Origin: Paraspadella gotoi
Taxonomy: Eukaryota; Animalia; Chaetognatha
DNA length: 64,000 nucleotides
Assembly (NCBI GenBank): GCA_051294375.1
Contig: CM119270.1
Span: 20,668,417 to 20,732,416 of the forward strand
Direction: 5' to 3'
Positions 25,348 through 39,733 of this stretch are shown one piece after another; position 1 is the stretch's first letter, and each line of letters starts with the position of its first letter. The notes under the pieces were generated by a model that worked only from the letters and a program-made list of their open reading frames with translations, had not been told where the DNA came from and made no database searches. A program made the position numbers and the translations under genes.

Positions 25348-28035
25348 AAGTCGAGGAGAGAGAGAGAGAGAGAGATACAGGTTGGGCATTAGACTCTGGA
25401 TGGAACGAACGATAAAGAACAACGCGGAAACCATTAAGGTTCGAACAAAAGAAAAAGGGAAAGAAAAAAATGAGGAAAAAAAAGGAAAACAAAAAAAAAG
25501 GAAAACAACAAAAAAAAGGGAAACATTCATCGCCAAAAAGGGAAACGTTGGCGACCGGAACCAATTATCGCGACCGCCCCTCGATCCCCCCTTCTCCTCA
25601 CCCCGCCCATTTTCCTCTCTCTCTTCTCTCTCTCTCTCTCTCGTCTCTTCTCTCTCTCTTCTCTCTCTCCTCTCTCTCTCTCTCACCCCCGTCTCTCTCT
25701 CTCTCCTCTTCTCTCTCCTTTCCTTTCTTTGTCCGCGTATCTTGGGTTCGCATATATTTGCTTAGCAACCAGAATCTGGGAAAGCGATTCTTTGTCAACT
25801 CATCGGCATCTCTGACTTCTGCTTGCTTATCCTTTGCTTATCCTTTGCTTATCCTTTGTCTATATTTATAGTCTCGCAAGAAAGTTGACAATGTTACAGC
25901 TTAAAGAGCTATTACTAGAGAAATAAAGAGAAATAAAAGCCATAACCCACCATAGTCAAGGGCAAGATAGCTTATTCAATAAATTATTCAATTTCATATT
26001 GCTCGTACCAGTTTATATACTTCTATTATCATGCCACCCACTTTTTTACAGTAACCGCTATAATGAAAATGATCAGCTTTGTCCCACTGCTACAGTGCTA
26101 CCTTTTTGTCTCGAACTAAGACGCCATCTTCTATCCCTTCCTCTGTCCAGCCCTCTAACCCATCTTTTTTTGATTCTTGACCACCACATTTATAATAATA
26201 ATCATAGTCAACCAACTTAACCACCACCACTCATCCAAACCCCCCCTCACCGATCAACATCCCGGCGACGAGTTGCAGAATTCCCAAAAACTTGGCTCCT
26301 TTTTCCGTCAAAAGATATTTGACGCAGAAAGCGGAGACGAGCGTCACGAAGGCCACGAGGGTCGAGAGGACGCAACCCGCGCCAGCAAGAATCGTCACCA
26401 TCTGCAATGGACCCATTGGTGGGAAAAGGATTAGGGGGGGAGCGAGGGTTTTGGGTCCGCCCTTTTGTTTTTACCCTTTTTACTTTTTAGTTTTGTTCTT
26501 TTGTTTTCCTTTTTTTATGTTCTTCTAATTTTTCAGTTTAGTTTTTTTTCTTTTTGAATTTTGTTTATTCTTTTTTCCTATTTTACTTTTTTATTTTGAT
26601 GTTTTCCCATTTTAATTTTTTTCCCCGGTCTTTTCTGTTTTATTGTTTTCCTCTATTAAACTACATACATTTTTTTTTCCTTTTTTCCCTTTTTGTGTTG
26701 TTTTTATTTTGTTTTTTTCTTCTATTAAGTCCTTTCTTTTATTCTTTTCTTTCTATTTTCTTCCTTTTCCTCTCTCTTCCTCCATTTTCCTCCCCTTTCC
26801 ACCATTTCCTCCCCTTTCTTCCCCCTCCCTTTCCTCCCTTTCCTTCCATTCTTTCCTCCCCCTCTCCCTCTCACCTGCCAGTGAAATGAAGGAATATCGG
26901 CGAAAGTCGAATATCTTCCGCATTCTTCAACGAATTCGATGCGAGACGAAAAGACCGACGAAGTTTGAGGCATGGCGGCGGACATGGAGTCGGACATGGA
27001 GAGTGACATGGCGTCGGGCATGGAGAGTGACATGGCGTCGGGCATGGAGTCCGTAAATGAATCGGACGATTCGGAGTAGGGAAAGTCTCGCAGGGCGCCC
27101 GTCATCGAGTCTTCCGTCGTTAATAATCTGAAAGAATAAACATTTATTTATTTCGTATTCTCTCATGTTTAAAATTAGAAACGTAAACGCTATTTATAAT
27201 TAAATAAAATTTGACGAATTGGCAAAAGACGCTCTGAGACGGGATAAACTGATTTCCTTTCTGTCGTCGTTAGCGACAAGGAGAGTACAATTGGAGCATA
27301 TTTTTAAATTTTAACAACGATTTATCTTTTACTGTTATAATGTTTTGTTAATTTCAGTGCGGAGTGTCTCTCTTTATCTCTTCATCGTTTGCGACAAGAA
27401 AGTTAATTCCTTGCATTTTAAACATCGAATCAGCTTTTTGGTCTTATAATGTTTTGTTAATTTTTAGTCAGTTATGGACGAGGCTGTTGTTTCTTTATTA
27501 TCGTTTCGTATTCGCCCGCATAGAATGAATTGTTTTTGCTAATTAGTCCGTTTTTCCCTCAATTTCTGTATCTTCATCTCTAAGATTTGACTTAAGTCTA
27601 TAGGACGAAATATATTTTCTTAATAAATACGCGCGTACTACAATATGCAAATTAGATTTTGGGAACCGTTACTTTTACTCTTTTACTCCACCTCGTTTAA
27701 ATTACATCTTCCTTCTTAAGTCCATGTTCATCCATCTGTCTCATGAATTATAAAAAAAAATATTCATTTATTTAATAAATTGGTTATTATTGATATTGTT
27801 AAACTCACAGTTTCCTGATCAGGACTGACACCTGTCACCCAACCTTCTCCCCTTCTATCTCATCACCGCACCTGTTATAATTGCATCTCCTGAAGGCGCC
27901 GAATGAGACGTCAACGACACGCCCACTTCCCGTCCGCATCTGCCCTTTGAGCCAATAGGGTAGATAGAAGCCGACGCTGCTTAGCGACGCGGCCGACAAA
28001 GAGAAGAAACTCCAGACGAGATGAAGGACGCGGGC

Positions 28036-28070
<35 letters not shown>

Positions 28071-28077
28071 TTGTCAT
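23901..28077 (-). CDS. LHFPL6: LHFPL tetraspan subfamily member 6-like protein
   Basis: Exons 28077-27872, 27127-26875, 26401-26251, 24103-23922 (or reading to stop at 23901) join in frame. Motifs FYLPYWL..SFGAFRRCNY, VEECGRY..F..IPS..W, YPNGWNSSEVRQVCG..GAC..WAF match LHFP/LHFPL6. Confidence 0.9.
24117..24272. repeat. 14-15-bp tandem repeat GGGATTGATGGAGT
   Basis: About 11 copies immediately upstream of the LHFPL exon-4 acceptor. Confidence 0.9.
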
Positions 28078-30260
28078 TGTTTAATTGTTTTTTTTTTTCT
28101 TTTCTAAAATTAGAGTTTTTTTTAATTCAATTGGTTTGTTTATTGTTTCAATTTAATAAAAAGATTTTTCATTAAATTTTTTTTTCTAATTTTTGAATCT
28201 TCTTATTTCTTTCGAACGATGATGTTTAAAAAAAATATTTTATTTCAGGTCGAGTTTGTTTTTTGATATTTTTTGCTTTTTTTACCTTAAAAAAATATTT
28301 TCTCCCTTTTTTTCATTCAACGAGCTGGAGTTTTCATCGCCGTCGGGAGTCGCTTTTTTTTCTTTCTTTTTTATCTTTTATTATCGTTAGTTTAGTATCG
28401 ATGCTCTTTTTTTTTTAGAAACGTCGCACAGTGATCGCAAATGAGGTTTTTTCTCGCGAAAAACTATGCCCTATAGGTGCAATTAGTTGTTTTTTGGTAG
28501 GTTGTTTATATATTGTAAGTAGTTATATTTAAAAAACTTTATTCGTTACCTTATAAAATGATGAATATGTTTGTATAATTTTTTAAATTTGGTAAAAAGA
28601 GAAAATAATTCTATCATGGTTTTCTTAGATGTCGTTCCTCAATTTTTTTTTTAGTAAAAACAGTAAGAGACAATTCTAAACACTAAAATTTCGTATTAAA
28701 TTAATCAAGTATCTAAATTTGTTTAGTTTCCAATCACAGCTTTTAGTTTTAATATTTATTTTAAAATTTCCTTCCACAAAAATTGTTCATTTGCCCGACG
28801 TACTCCATGTTTGAGTTGACTATACGTTCGAAGAACGCTAACAAAACTAACAATTGTCCATTAACACAGGATAAGAAAAATAGTCTAGAAGCAAGCGTCG
28901 GGCAATACCAATTCGCGGTGACTCAAAAATAAGAATTAAGAGAAAAAATCGAGACGTGTTTTTTGTGAGAAGAGACAAACATATATTAACGAAAAAACAG
29001 AGTAAAATCAAAAAAGGTAAAAAAAAATCAACAACAAACACAATACACCGTAGTTACATGCGGCCTGGAAAAGGTCAGCCATAACAAGGTAATTACTGTT
29101 TGGATATGAAGGCGGTCATTGCGACGCATCCTTACTGCTCATTTCTGCTCTCCTCACTCTCTTCTCTCTCTACCACTACGGGTCACAAAGTACAAAGACT
29201 GTCGTCGTCGTCTTCGTTATTATATTCGTCGTCGTCGTCGTCTTTGTTCGAATGCATTTGAGTTCCCAAACTTTCTTCTTTTGTCATTTTTTGCTTTTTA
29301 TTTTTTTCCTCAGAGTTATAATTGTCCTAGTTAAGAACTAAGGTTTTTCTTTTTTTAATATTATAAAAATTTCTTTAAAAGAATATTGTACAAAATAAAT
29401 TAAGTTATATCGTAATTTTTGTAAAAAAAATTATTTCAAAAATATTGGTTATAACTAACCATGCCGGACACGGCGGACAAAAAGCCAAATATGTGTAGCT
29501 TCCTGATATGATGAATCATTAAATGCAGTGGAAATGGCCGTGCCTTCCGCGTGCTCTCCATATAGTCTTTAGGCTAGTATTTGAAAACTTATATACAGTA
29601 AAATGCTGTTCAAGCAATTTATAATTCAGTCCATGCCAAACTATCCACGTTATTGACAATGAGTAAAAAAAAATTAGGTTTTTATCGTTAAAATGTCTAC
29701 AAATAACAAAACAAAGTGAGCTCCAAAAAAGAAAAGCCCTTATATCTCCGATATGAATAATTTTTACAACCCGATATCATAAGACAGTGTTCTTCGTGAT
29801 ACACCTGGACGGATTAAACGCAAAAACTATTAAAATATGATCTGTACCACCCTTTTTCCGAGTAAAAAAAATATTTCGATGACTGTGCGTCGATCGAAAA
29901 TCTCCTTCGAGCTTTGATTAAATTCGATGTTCGACATCATTTTTTATTTGTCGATCGTTTGGATGTGGCGATCGAAACATCTTTTGTTTCTGAAATAAAA
30001 AAAACTATATATGAAGAAATTAGAAACAATATTATAGGTTGGACAAATTTTTTTTTTTTTTTTGTTTTTTTTTATATTTATGTTCTGACGAATTGATAAC
30101 AACTGTTTTGTTTGTTTGTTTTTTTTTCAAAATTCGCTTAAAAATATTAGTTTAAATTCAAGGTCTGACAAATGTTCTAATTTTTTATTTATTCATTTAT
30201 TTTTTTTTTATTTTGAATGGGAGTTTTTTTCATTCGCGGAGGAGACTGGGACAAATTTTA

Positions 30261-30304
30261 TCACGTGACATTCACGTGATTTTCTGGTGATGAGCACCGG
30301 AAGT
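30261..30304. promoter_or_regulatory. Candidate promoter module: two TCACGTGA E-boxes plus ETS site
   Basis: TCACGTGA at 30261-30268 and 30272-30279, CCGGAAGT at 30297-30304, in otherwise very AT-rich DNA ~2.2 kb upstream of the LHFPL6-like ATG. Confidence 0.4.
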
Positions 30305-30675
30305 AAGAAAGATAAGATAAATCGACTAATTGGTTAAAAATGAAATAAATAAAACTTGTTAATAAAATGAAATTAATATTCATTTATTATTAAAATGAAC
30401 AGTTTACCTTATAATTATTTCTACCAGGACGTTAAGAGATATTTGGGAATGAAGCAGATGTAAAAAATTAATAAAAAAAATTAATAAGAAAGATAAAAAA
30501 AAATATAAACTTGACAAAAACGACTTAATTCCTAATGCAAATCTGTCTAAAAATATTATGTATAGTTTATGCCGAAAAAAAAAGATTTGGGAGCGGCTTT
30601 TCTTTTTTTCAAATCTTTATGACTCGTTCGATAACTCGTCAATGACAAGTCATTTCAGGTTTTTTTTGTTTTTGA

Positions 30676-30749
<74 letters not shown>

Positions 30750-31758
30750 TTGGGAGAGAGAGAGAGAGAGATTTATCCCTTTAACCAGTTATCCGCCCTT
30801 GATGAAGGAAGAGAAAAAGAGAGAAAAAAATAAATAATAAAATCTTATCTTTCGTTAATATTTTTTTTATTTCACTCCCCTCTTTAAAAATATAAACATT
30901 AAAAACCTAATTAAATCTTTTTATTATTTTACTTCATCGTTAAGAGAAAAATAGATTTAAAAAAGATCCGCCCTCGCAAGAAATAAAATTTAAAAATTAC
31001 TATTAAAATATCAATGTTAATTATTAGGCGAGAATAAAAATAAAATAATTAAATAACTTTTAGTAAATTGTTTTTTTGTTTCCTTGTCTACTGTTTTTCT
31101 TTTCTTTAAATAAATTTGATAAATTTCTCAGCACGTTTAATTATACAGAGACAAGCGTTTGTGTTCATAAAAAAATATTAAAATAATAAAACGAAACGAA
31201 AAATATTAAAAATACAAAAGGGAACAAAAAAAAGGAAAAAAGGCGAAGAGGAAAAGTTAAAAAGTCCAAAAGATAAAGAAGAAAATTTAAAAAAAATAAG
31301 AATTGACCTTAAATTTTTTTGGATTCGACGAAACAAAAATCATTTTTCGTCGATGAGTAAAAAAAAAAAAAGAAAAAAAGGAAAAAAGTCTTCGACTGAT
31401 AAAAGATCGAAATATCGAGAAGAAGAAAGAATTGGCAATAAAGTGAAAAAAGAAAGAAAGTGAGAAAGAAAGAAAGAAAAAATGGGAAAGAAAGAAAGAA
31501 AGAAAGAAAAAGAAAGAAGAAGAAAAAAGAAAGAAAGAAAAGAAAGAAAGAAAGAGAAGAAAGAAAGAAAAAAAGAAAAAAGAAAAAAGAAAGAAAGAAA
31601 GAAAGAAAGAAGAAGGCAAAAAAAAGAAAAAGAAAAAGGGAATAGTAAAGATAACGAAATACTTTGTAAATCAAGAGTCTCCTTTGTGCCGAGGACGAAC
31701 GACGACCGACGATGACGAGCGACGATGACCGACGGACGATGACGAACGAACGGACGAT

Positions 31759-31793
<35 letters not shown>

Positions 31794-31894
31794 GACGACG
31801 ACGACGACGAAAACAAGGATGACATAGACGAAATAAACGACGAAAACAGATAAAAAAATTTTTTAAAGGTTTTTACTGTCATTGACAACCTTCG

Positions 31895-32060
31895 GTAACA
31901 ACAGCTCTAAGAACAGAAACAGCAATAACAACATCTAAGAACAGAAACTGCAATAGCAACATATAAGAACAGAAACAGTAAAAAAACAACATCTAAGAAC
32001 AGGAACTGCAATAACAACATCTGAAAACAGAAACAGTAATAACAACATTTGAGAACAAAA
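31895..32060. repeat. ~28-bp tandem repeat CAATAACAACATCTAAGAACAGAAACAG
   Basis: About 6 degenerate copies. Confidence 0.85.
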
Positions 32061-32413
32061 ACGTCTCGTAAGCAAGGATCGACCAGCCGTTATTTGTGTT
32101 TATTTGTTATTTGTTAAAATCTTCATTTTACAAGCAACTTACCTACTATTAACCTTTGTTCAAAAAGTAATTGGAGTGACTTTTTTAAGTTGGTACGTGT
32201 TACCCGACCTCACCTTACTTTTGCTTACTTAAACTCAACCTCGGGTGAGGGAGAGAAGAAAGGAGAGAGGAAGTTAGGAGAGAAATCGAATAGACTGAAC
32301 GAATGAAAAAGCTAAAAGATGAGTTTTTAATGGTAAAAGGTTAAAGCGGAGAGAGAGAGAGAGAAGAGAGCGAGAGAGAGAGAAGAGAGAGAGAGAGAGA
32401 GGACGAGAGAGGA

Positions 32414-32444
<31 letters not shown>

Positions 32445-32974
32445 TGTGCGCGAAGTAAAAAGAAAGAAAAATGAGGAAACACAACCAGAGGTAAAAATAA
32501 AGAGTGAAGACTGAGGGACACAATCGAAAGAAAGAAAGAAAGAAATAAAAAGAAGAAGAAAGAAAGAAAGAAAGAAAGAATAGAAGAAGAAGAAAAGAAA
32601 GAAAGAAAGAAAGAAAGAAAGGAAAAAAAAGAACTATAAAAACAAAGAAAAAAATAAAAAGGACAAAAAAAGGGATAGAGAAAAAAGAAAGAATAAAAAA
32701 AGAAAAGTAAGACAGACAGACAGTAAGGATAGAAAGGGCAGAGCCTCGTTCCTTTCTTTCTCAAACAACATTTTTCTTTTCTTTATTCTTGATTACATTA
32801 ACTTCGCCAATGGAAGAAAACAAAGCAGAACATTTTAAAATATTTTTGGCGCAAAAATTATTTCAGTAAACGGTATTTCAAAAAAATAAATACCAAAAGA
32901 GGAAAAACAAGAAAGAAAATATCCAAAAAATAACCTTTTTTTCGAATTTTCCAAACTTTTTCTTTAACCTATTT

Positions 32975-33317
32975 GGGCTTATTTTCCAAGGACGCTTCAT
33001 TTCATCTTAAATTCAGAATTGAGTTAATTAGAGTTAGGCTTAAGAATTAGGTTAAGGACTAAGTTAGATATTAAGGTATATGATATATGATGAAGGTTCT
33101 GAATTAGTACTAGGTACTAAGGTAGTTAGTGTTAAAGATTAGGAATGAGGGTTTAGGATAAGAGTTAAAGATTAGATTAATTTTAGCAATTAGGGTTAGT
33201 GATTAAATTTATAGATTGGGTTGAAGAATTTATAATAGCTTAAAAATTGATTTTAAGGTTAAAATTAAATTAAGGGATGCAGAAACAGAAATGGGGCTCT
33301 CTCGGAAAAGAGAGCCG
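32975..33317 (+). mobile_element. Short interspersed element with imperfect TIRs and degenerate TTAGG(G)-like interior
   Basis: 5' GGGCTTATTTTCC..CATTTCATC and 3' GAAATGGGGCTCTCTCGGAAAAGAG; both ends recur inverted at 18750-19057, 3' end recurs at 43357-43383. Confidence 0.55.
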
Positions 33318-34542
33318 ATTATTTTTATAAACAGAAAGAGATAATAGCGATTATACCCACATTTTTTTTCGGTCTCCCACTGAGACTTCCAGATGTTTTG
33401 AGGGTAGAGACAATTTTTTTTTTTGACACTGAAAACCTTTTATTGCGAGATCGTTCGGCTTAATTTTACGTCCTTTTAATGTTTAATGATTTCGCGAGTT
33501 TTGAACAAAGAAAACTGCCGCTTTTTTTTATGGCGGCCCACGCCCAAATTTGTATGCTTTTCCATAATTAGTGAGAAAATATAGTTTATTTTTCGGCCTT
33601 ATAAGTTTTTTAAACTGAATTCTTAACCAAATTAAGATTTAAAAAGTAGGATTTTTAAATTTTAAACCTAATTAATGTTTAAACAAAGGATATTTTTTTC
33701 TTTCCCCAATCGAGTTATAAATTTAAAGGGCGAAGAGAAAAAAACAGAAAAACAAAAACGAAACGAATTTTCGAGGTTTTTTCTTTTTTTCTTTTTTTTC
33801 AAATTTTGGCCTCAGATGATTAAAGTGGAAAATAATGAACGAAATAAACGTCGGACGCTGTCGACGTTGTCGTCGTCTTTGTCGTCGTTGTCGTCGTCGT
33901 CGTCGTTATTGTTGTCAAGTTTTTTTTTCCTCAAAAAATTTGGGAGTCGGTGAACAATGAATTATTTAGGCAAAATTAAGTTTGGAAGTTTGGAAAAAAC
34001 GAAGTTCAGATTGAACGAAAATCGGGTGAAACAAAGTTTGGGTAACAAGAAGTTAGAAGTAAAATGAAATTTCCGTAAAACAATTGTTGTAGGTTTGTTT
34101 TTTTTTTTTTAATTTATTCCCAAAGTTTTTAATCGGTTTTTAATCTAATTTAATAATAAAATAGTCATTTTTTTTCTTTACTTCCATAAATCGGGTAAAT
34201 GCGGCGACAGTTTAAATTTCCACAAAAACTGTTTCGATGTAAAACAAAAAATCTTCAAACAAAAGCCTTTGTCAAAAACCAGATTGAATTTTTTTTTCTT
34301 AAAATCAACGATCCATAATTTTTTTTTCAATCTCATTTTGAGACAGAAAATCAAAATTTGGGAATTAAAAAAACATATCATTTTTTTCATTTTTATATCA
34401 TTAGATTGGTTGAAATTAGAATTGATATATTCTAATTTCAACCAATCTAATGATATAGTTCTATAGAACTATGCGGAAGCATTAAAACAAACAAAAAAGA
34501 ATGAATTCAGCAGAAAAAACAAAATAGCGCTAATGACTCGTG

Positions 34543-34647
<105 letters not shown>

Positions 34648-34934
34648 CACGATATGTATGTGAACGAGTCTTATGAGAGATAAAACTTCCGGAAAATCAT
34701 CCTGACCGTTTTATGACTTTTGGGCCGAAAACAAATAACCCATGAACGTAACCTTTTTACGGCGACGATGACGACGACGAAGACGACGACGAAGACGACG
34801 ACGAAGACGACGACGAAGACGACGACGAAGACGACGATAATAAGGACTTTGGGGAAGACGATTTTGGGGTTAAACACGTTGATGCAGATGATTGTGATAT
34901 CCTCAAAATCGATGTCATCATCGATACTGACGAC

Positions 34935-35008
<74 letters not shown>

Positions 35009-35082
35009 CGGCGACGAAAATGAACGATTCCCACTTCCCACTCGTAAAAACGGAAGTGACAAAAAATTGACTTTTATTGAAG

Positions 35083-35195
35083 TGAATAGAAATGAATAGA
35101 AACGAATAGAAATGAATAGAAATAAATAGAAAAGAATAGAAATGAATAGAAACGAATATAAATGAATAGAAATGAATAGAGATGAATAGAAATGA
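35083..35195. repeat. 10-bp tandem repeat GAATAGAAAT
   Basis: About 11 copies. Confidence 0.9.
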
Positions 35196-35525
35196 AGTGA
35201 CGACTCGACCGTCGATTCAAGACGTGAATTCAAAATTCATTTGATTCATTTTCGTAGATCACATGACTTCAATCGCATTCATCTCGTTTTAAATCTTCGA
35301 TATAATTTATGGAGAACAAACTAAAAGTGTAATGAGAATAAAAACGCGAACAAAATAAAAAAAATAAAATTTGATTAAATCTTCTTTTTTTGGTTCCACA
35401 ATTCGTTTTTTACTTAAAAAAAAATGGTTCACATAAAAATAGTGAATCCATGAGAAAAAATATCAGTTGAAGGTTGAAAAAATTTTGGACAAGAAAAACT
35501 TTGTGCCAAAACAAGATTTCATCAA

Positions 35526-35559
<34 letters not shown>

Positions 35560-35667
35560 TTCGTCGTCGTCTTCGTCTTGCTCGTCACTCGTCGTCGTCC
35601 GTCGTCGTCGTCGTCGTCGTCGTCGGTCGTCGTCGTTCGTCGTCGTCTGTCTTCGTCGTCGTCTTCG

Positions 35668-35700
<33 letters not shown>

Positions 35701-35908
35701 TGTCTTCGTCGTCGTCTTCGTCGTCGTCGTCGTCTCTTCGTCGTCGTGTCGTCGTTGTCTTGAGAAAAAAACATCTAAAAAAACTCGGGCGGATGAGTCA
35801 TTCAACTAAAATCATCGACTAAAGGGAGAGAAAACTAATGAATAATCATCATCAACTCCATCATCATCATCATACATCATCATAATCATCATCATCATTA
35901 TCATCATG

Positions 35909-38887
35909 CACGGTTCCTTTTTACATCGATTTACTCGGCATGGAGTGCACAAGAATGAGATGTCCCGGGATACGTTTCCGGACCTTTGGGCTACACAAAA
36001 AAGAGGTAATCAAATTTTTCCTAATGACAGTTTTTTTATAAATTAATATTAAAATTTAGCTATAGTAAAATCAACAAAGTAGAATAAAAAAATTTAAAAA
36101 TGGTTTAATTTTTTAAAAATAAAAATATCATGCATCATCCATAATCTATGAAGCAATTTACCTTTCGTTTGGATCCATAACCATTTTTTCTATCTTTAAT
36201 AGTTTATTTGTATATTTTTCTTTATTAAAATATTATTTAATTTTTTTCAAATAATTTAAATTTAAAAAAAAATATAACTATGCCAAATGATTGAAGAAAA
36301 TTTTATATTATAAGGGGACTTACCTACGCTAATATAGGCTTTCAAATACATTATATAGTAAGTTATTATGATGATGTTTTGACATAGAAAATAAATAATT
36401 TATAAAATTAAATATATAGAAAAAATTTTAACTTTGAATTTTTTTTAGCATAAAAAATAAATTATAATTAATTGTTCATGATGCTTTTAATAGCCACTGG
36501 TCAGTTTGTATTATTCTCAATTATATAATTTTATAACTTTTTTATTTTTTTAGTAATACTGACTGCTATATTTTAGTTACTTTTGACAAAATCCAAAAAT
36601 TACTGGTATTAAAAATTATGTATGAAACAGACGAAAACTTTTTTTTAAATCACATGCCTATTTAATTGTTTGAACTGATATAATATTATCCTGGACAAAA
36701 TTTAAAAGTCGTTTAAAGCAATCCAACTAGACATTTTTAAGGCCAAAAGTTAGGTTGTTTAAAAAAAACTGCAAGATGCAAAAAAGTATAAAAAAAAGTT
36801 ATTTTCTTGAATATCTTTTGAAAAAAAAAGAGGTAGCAAGGTGGGTGTGGTATCAAATTAAGCCCTAATCATGGGACATATTTCTAGAACAGTTTTGTTA
36901 AATTTTATCCATAAATCTTTACACAGTTTTTATTTAAATACGAGTTAAAGTATAACAGTTTTTTGCATTACAAATTTCAATGAAGCATATAAAATTTTTT
37001 TGTTTTTCTTTTGTAAATTAAAAAGAGGAAGTCTGAATATCATTTTAATTACCATTAAATTTCTCTACTTTATAAATTTGCTTGTATTTTTCAGTTAAAG
37101 TAAAAAACAAGCAAAAAATTTTGTAGTAGCTTGATAAAATGTTTTTTAAAATATAAAAAATGATAAATAATAAAAATGTTTTTCAGCTGATATAAACAGT
37201 CTGGACGTCTACCTTCTTGTCTGTGAAAAAAAATATATCATTTTTCATTATCTTTAACTGCAAAGAAAACACTTGATATACTGCCTTGTTTATCATAATA
37301 AAATTTTTAAAAAAATTACTTAACTGCTGACATATTTGACAAAGCAAGACATCATTGTGTTTGAATTGTATTAGATAATTCTTTTTAAATATAACAACCT
37401 TTATAAAGGGAATTTAATTCTATTATTTATCATCCATTTAATTAAGAAAAAAAAATTCGCGAAAAGGGTTCATGACTGACTTAATGATTGCATTTTTAAG
37501 GTTTCTTTACTGCCCCCATTACGCAAGACATAAAAGGTCATTATTATCATGTCACTATGTACAGATTTTCTCTACCCTTTATGCCACCTGAATTCTGAAT
37601 TTTCTTTTTTTCCCTTTCAAAATGTATTAAATTAAAAAAAATTATAGGAGAGAACGATCAGCATGGAGGATACCGTTGGTAAGCCCTTAGTTACCCCACT
37701 TCCCGATCAAATTTTTAAACAAGGTTTTTTTTTCATCTATTCTAGACATAAATCTAACTATTGGTACTATTTATTTTTTAATTTTTTACATTCTCTTTCG
37801 CGTAATCAAAAAAACGTTTTGCGTGTCAAAAAAATTATAGAAAAAAAAGTAAAACGTTTTCAAAAATTAAAAAAATCTATAGAGGAATCTACTATACTTA
37901 ACAAATATACTGATGTTAATATGTGTTAGAACTTTGATGCCCACTCCAAATAAAAAAACTGTTAAATATACTGCTTTTCTGTCATATTAAAGAGGCTACT
38001 GAATTAAGTTAAAACCTACAAAGCAGTCCGAATATCAATTATTTATACATTTGACAACCTTAAAAATGTCTAGTTGGGATTTGTTTAAAACTTTTTAAAT
38101 TTGTCCAAGGATAATATTATATCAGTTCAAACAATTAAATAGCATGTGATTTAAAAAAAAGTTTTCGTCTGTTTCATAATATTTTAATACCAGTAATTTT
38201 TGGATTTTGTCAAAAGTAAGTAAATATAGCAGTCAGTATTACTAAAAATAAAAAAAGTTATAAAATTATTATAATTGAGAATGATACAACTGCACAGTAG
38301 CATATTAAAAGCATCATGAACAATCTAATAATTATGTTTATTATGCTAAAAAAAAAATTCAAAGTTAAAATTTTTTCATATATTAATTTTATAAATTATT
38401 TATTTTCTATGTCAAAACATCATTATAATAAATCTTACTATAAATGTATTTGAAGGCCTATATTAGGTAGGTAAGTCCTTATTAATATAAAAATTTTTCT
38501 TACAATCATTTTGCATAGTTATAATTTTTTTTTAATTTAAATTATTTGAAAAAAAATTAAAATAATATTTTAATAAGAAAAATTAATTACAAATAAACTA
38601 TTAAAAAAGGAATAATGGTTATGGACTCAAACGAAAGAAAATTGTTCATAGATTATGGATGATGCATGATATTTTCATTTTTAAAAAAATTATAAACCAT
38701 TTTTAAATTTTTTTTATTCTACTTTATTGATTTTATATAGCTAATTTTAATATTAATTTAATAAAAACTGTCATTAGGAAAAATTTGATACCCTTTTTTT
38801 GGTAGCCCAAAAGTCCGGAAACGTATCCCGGGACATCTCATTCTTGTGCACTCCATGCCGAGTAAATCGATGTAAAAAGGAACCGTG
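35909..38887. mobile_element. Non-autonomous DNA transposon with ~830-bp TIRs, CAC..GTG termini (Chapaev/CMC-like)
   Basis: CACGGTTCCTTTTTACATCGATTTACTCGGCATGGAG at 35909 is the exact reverse complement of the end at 38887; arms ~35909-36740 and ~38055-38887; CATG on both flanks; no long ORF. Confidence 0.85.
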
Positions 38888-39024
38888 CATGTCTTCCTCT
38901 TTGTGTCGTCGGCGTCATCATAATCATGATATATCTCATTATCATCATCAACGTCATCGTTCATCATAATCATAATCATCATAATGATTATACTCATTAT
39001 CGTTATCATTATCATTATCATCAT

Positions 39025-39069
<45 letters not shown>

Positions 39070-39302
39070 GCTTTCGAAATCCAAATTAGATGAAATTCGA
39101 GAAATGATTTTGGGTTAGAGACTGAGATTCGGATTTGTTTTCGATCCTTGTTGTTGTTGTTGTTGATGTTACTGTTGTTGTGTTGTTGTTGTGGTTATTG
39201 ATGTTGATGCAGTCTTTTTATTTCTTTACATAAGAGATGTGGTTATTTGATATATGATTTGTCATTAATATTTTACGAACGAATACAATTGATATTCAGT
39301 AA

Positions 39303-39394
<92 letters not shown>

Positions 39395-39483
39395 CACAAA
39401 AAGTGAGTAAAATCGCATAGAACGTGAACCGAATGACGAAATCCAAAAATTGTCGACGTCGAAATCAATATTCTCTCTCTCTC

Positions 39484-39569
<86 letters not shown>

Positions 39570-39666
39570 GACCCTTTTTGACCCCGGGCGTTGACCTCGC
39601 TTTGACCCACTTTATCCCCCTTTGCCCCCCTTTTCTAATTTCGTCCTCTACCCCGTACCTCTCTCT

Positions 39667-39733
<67 letters not shown>

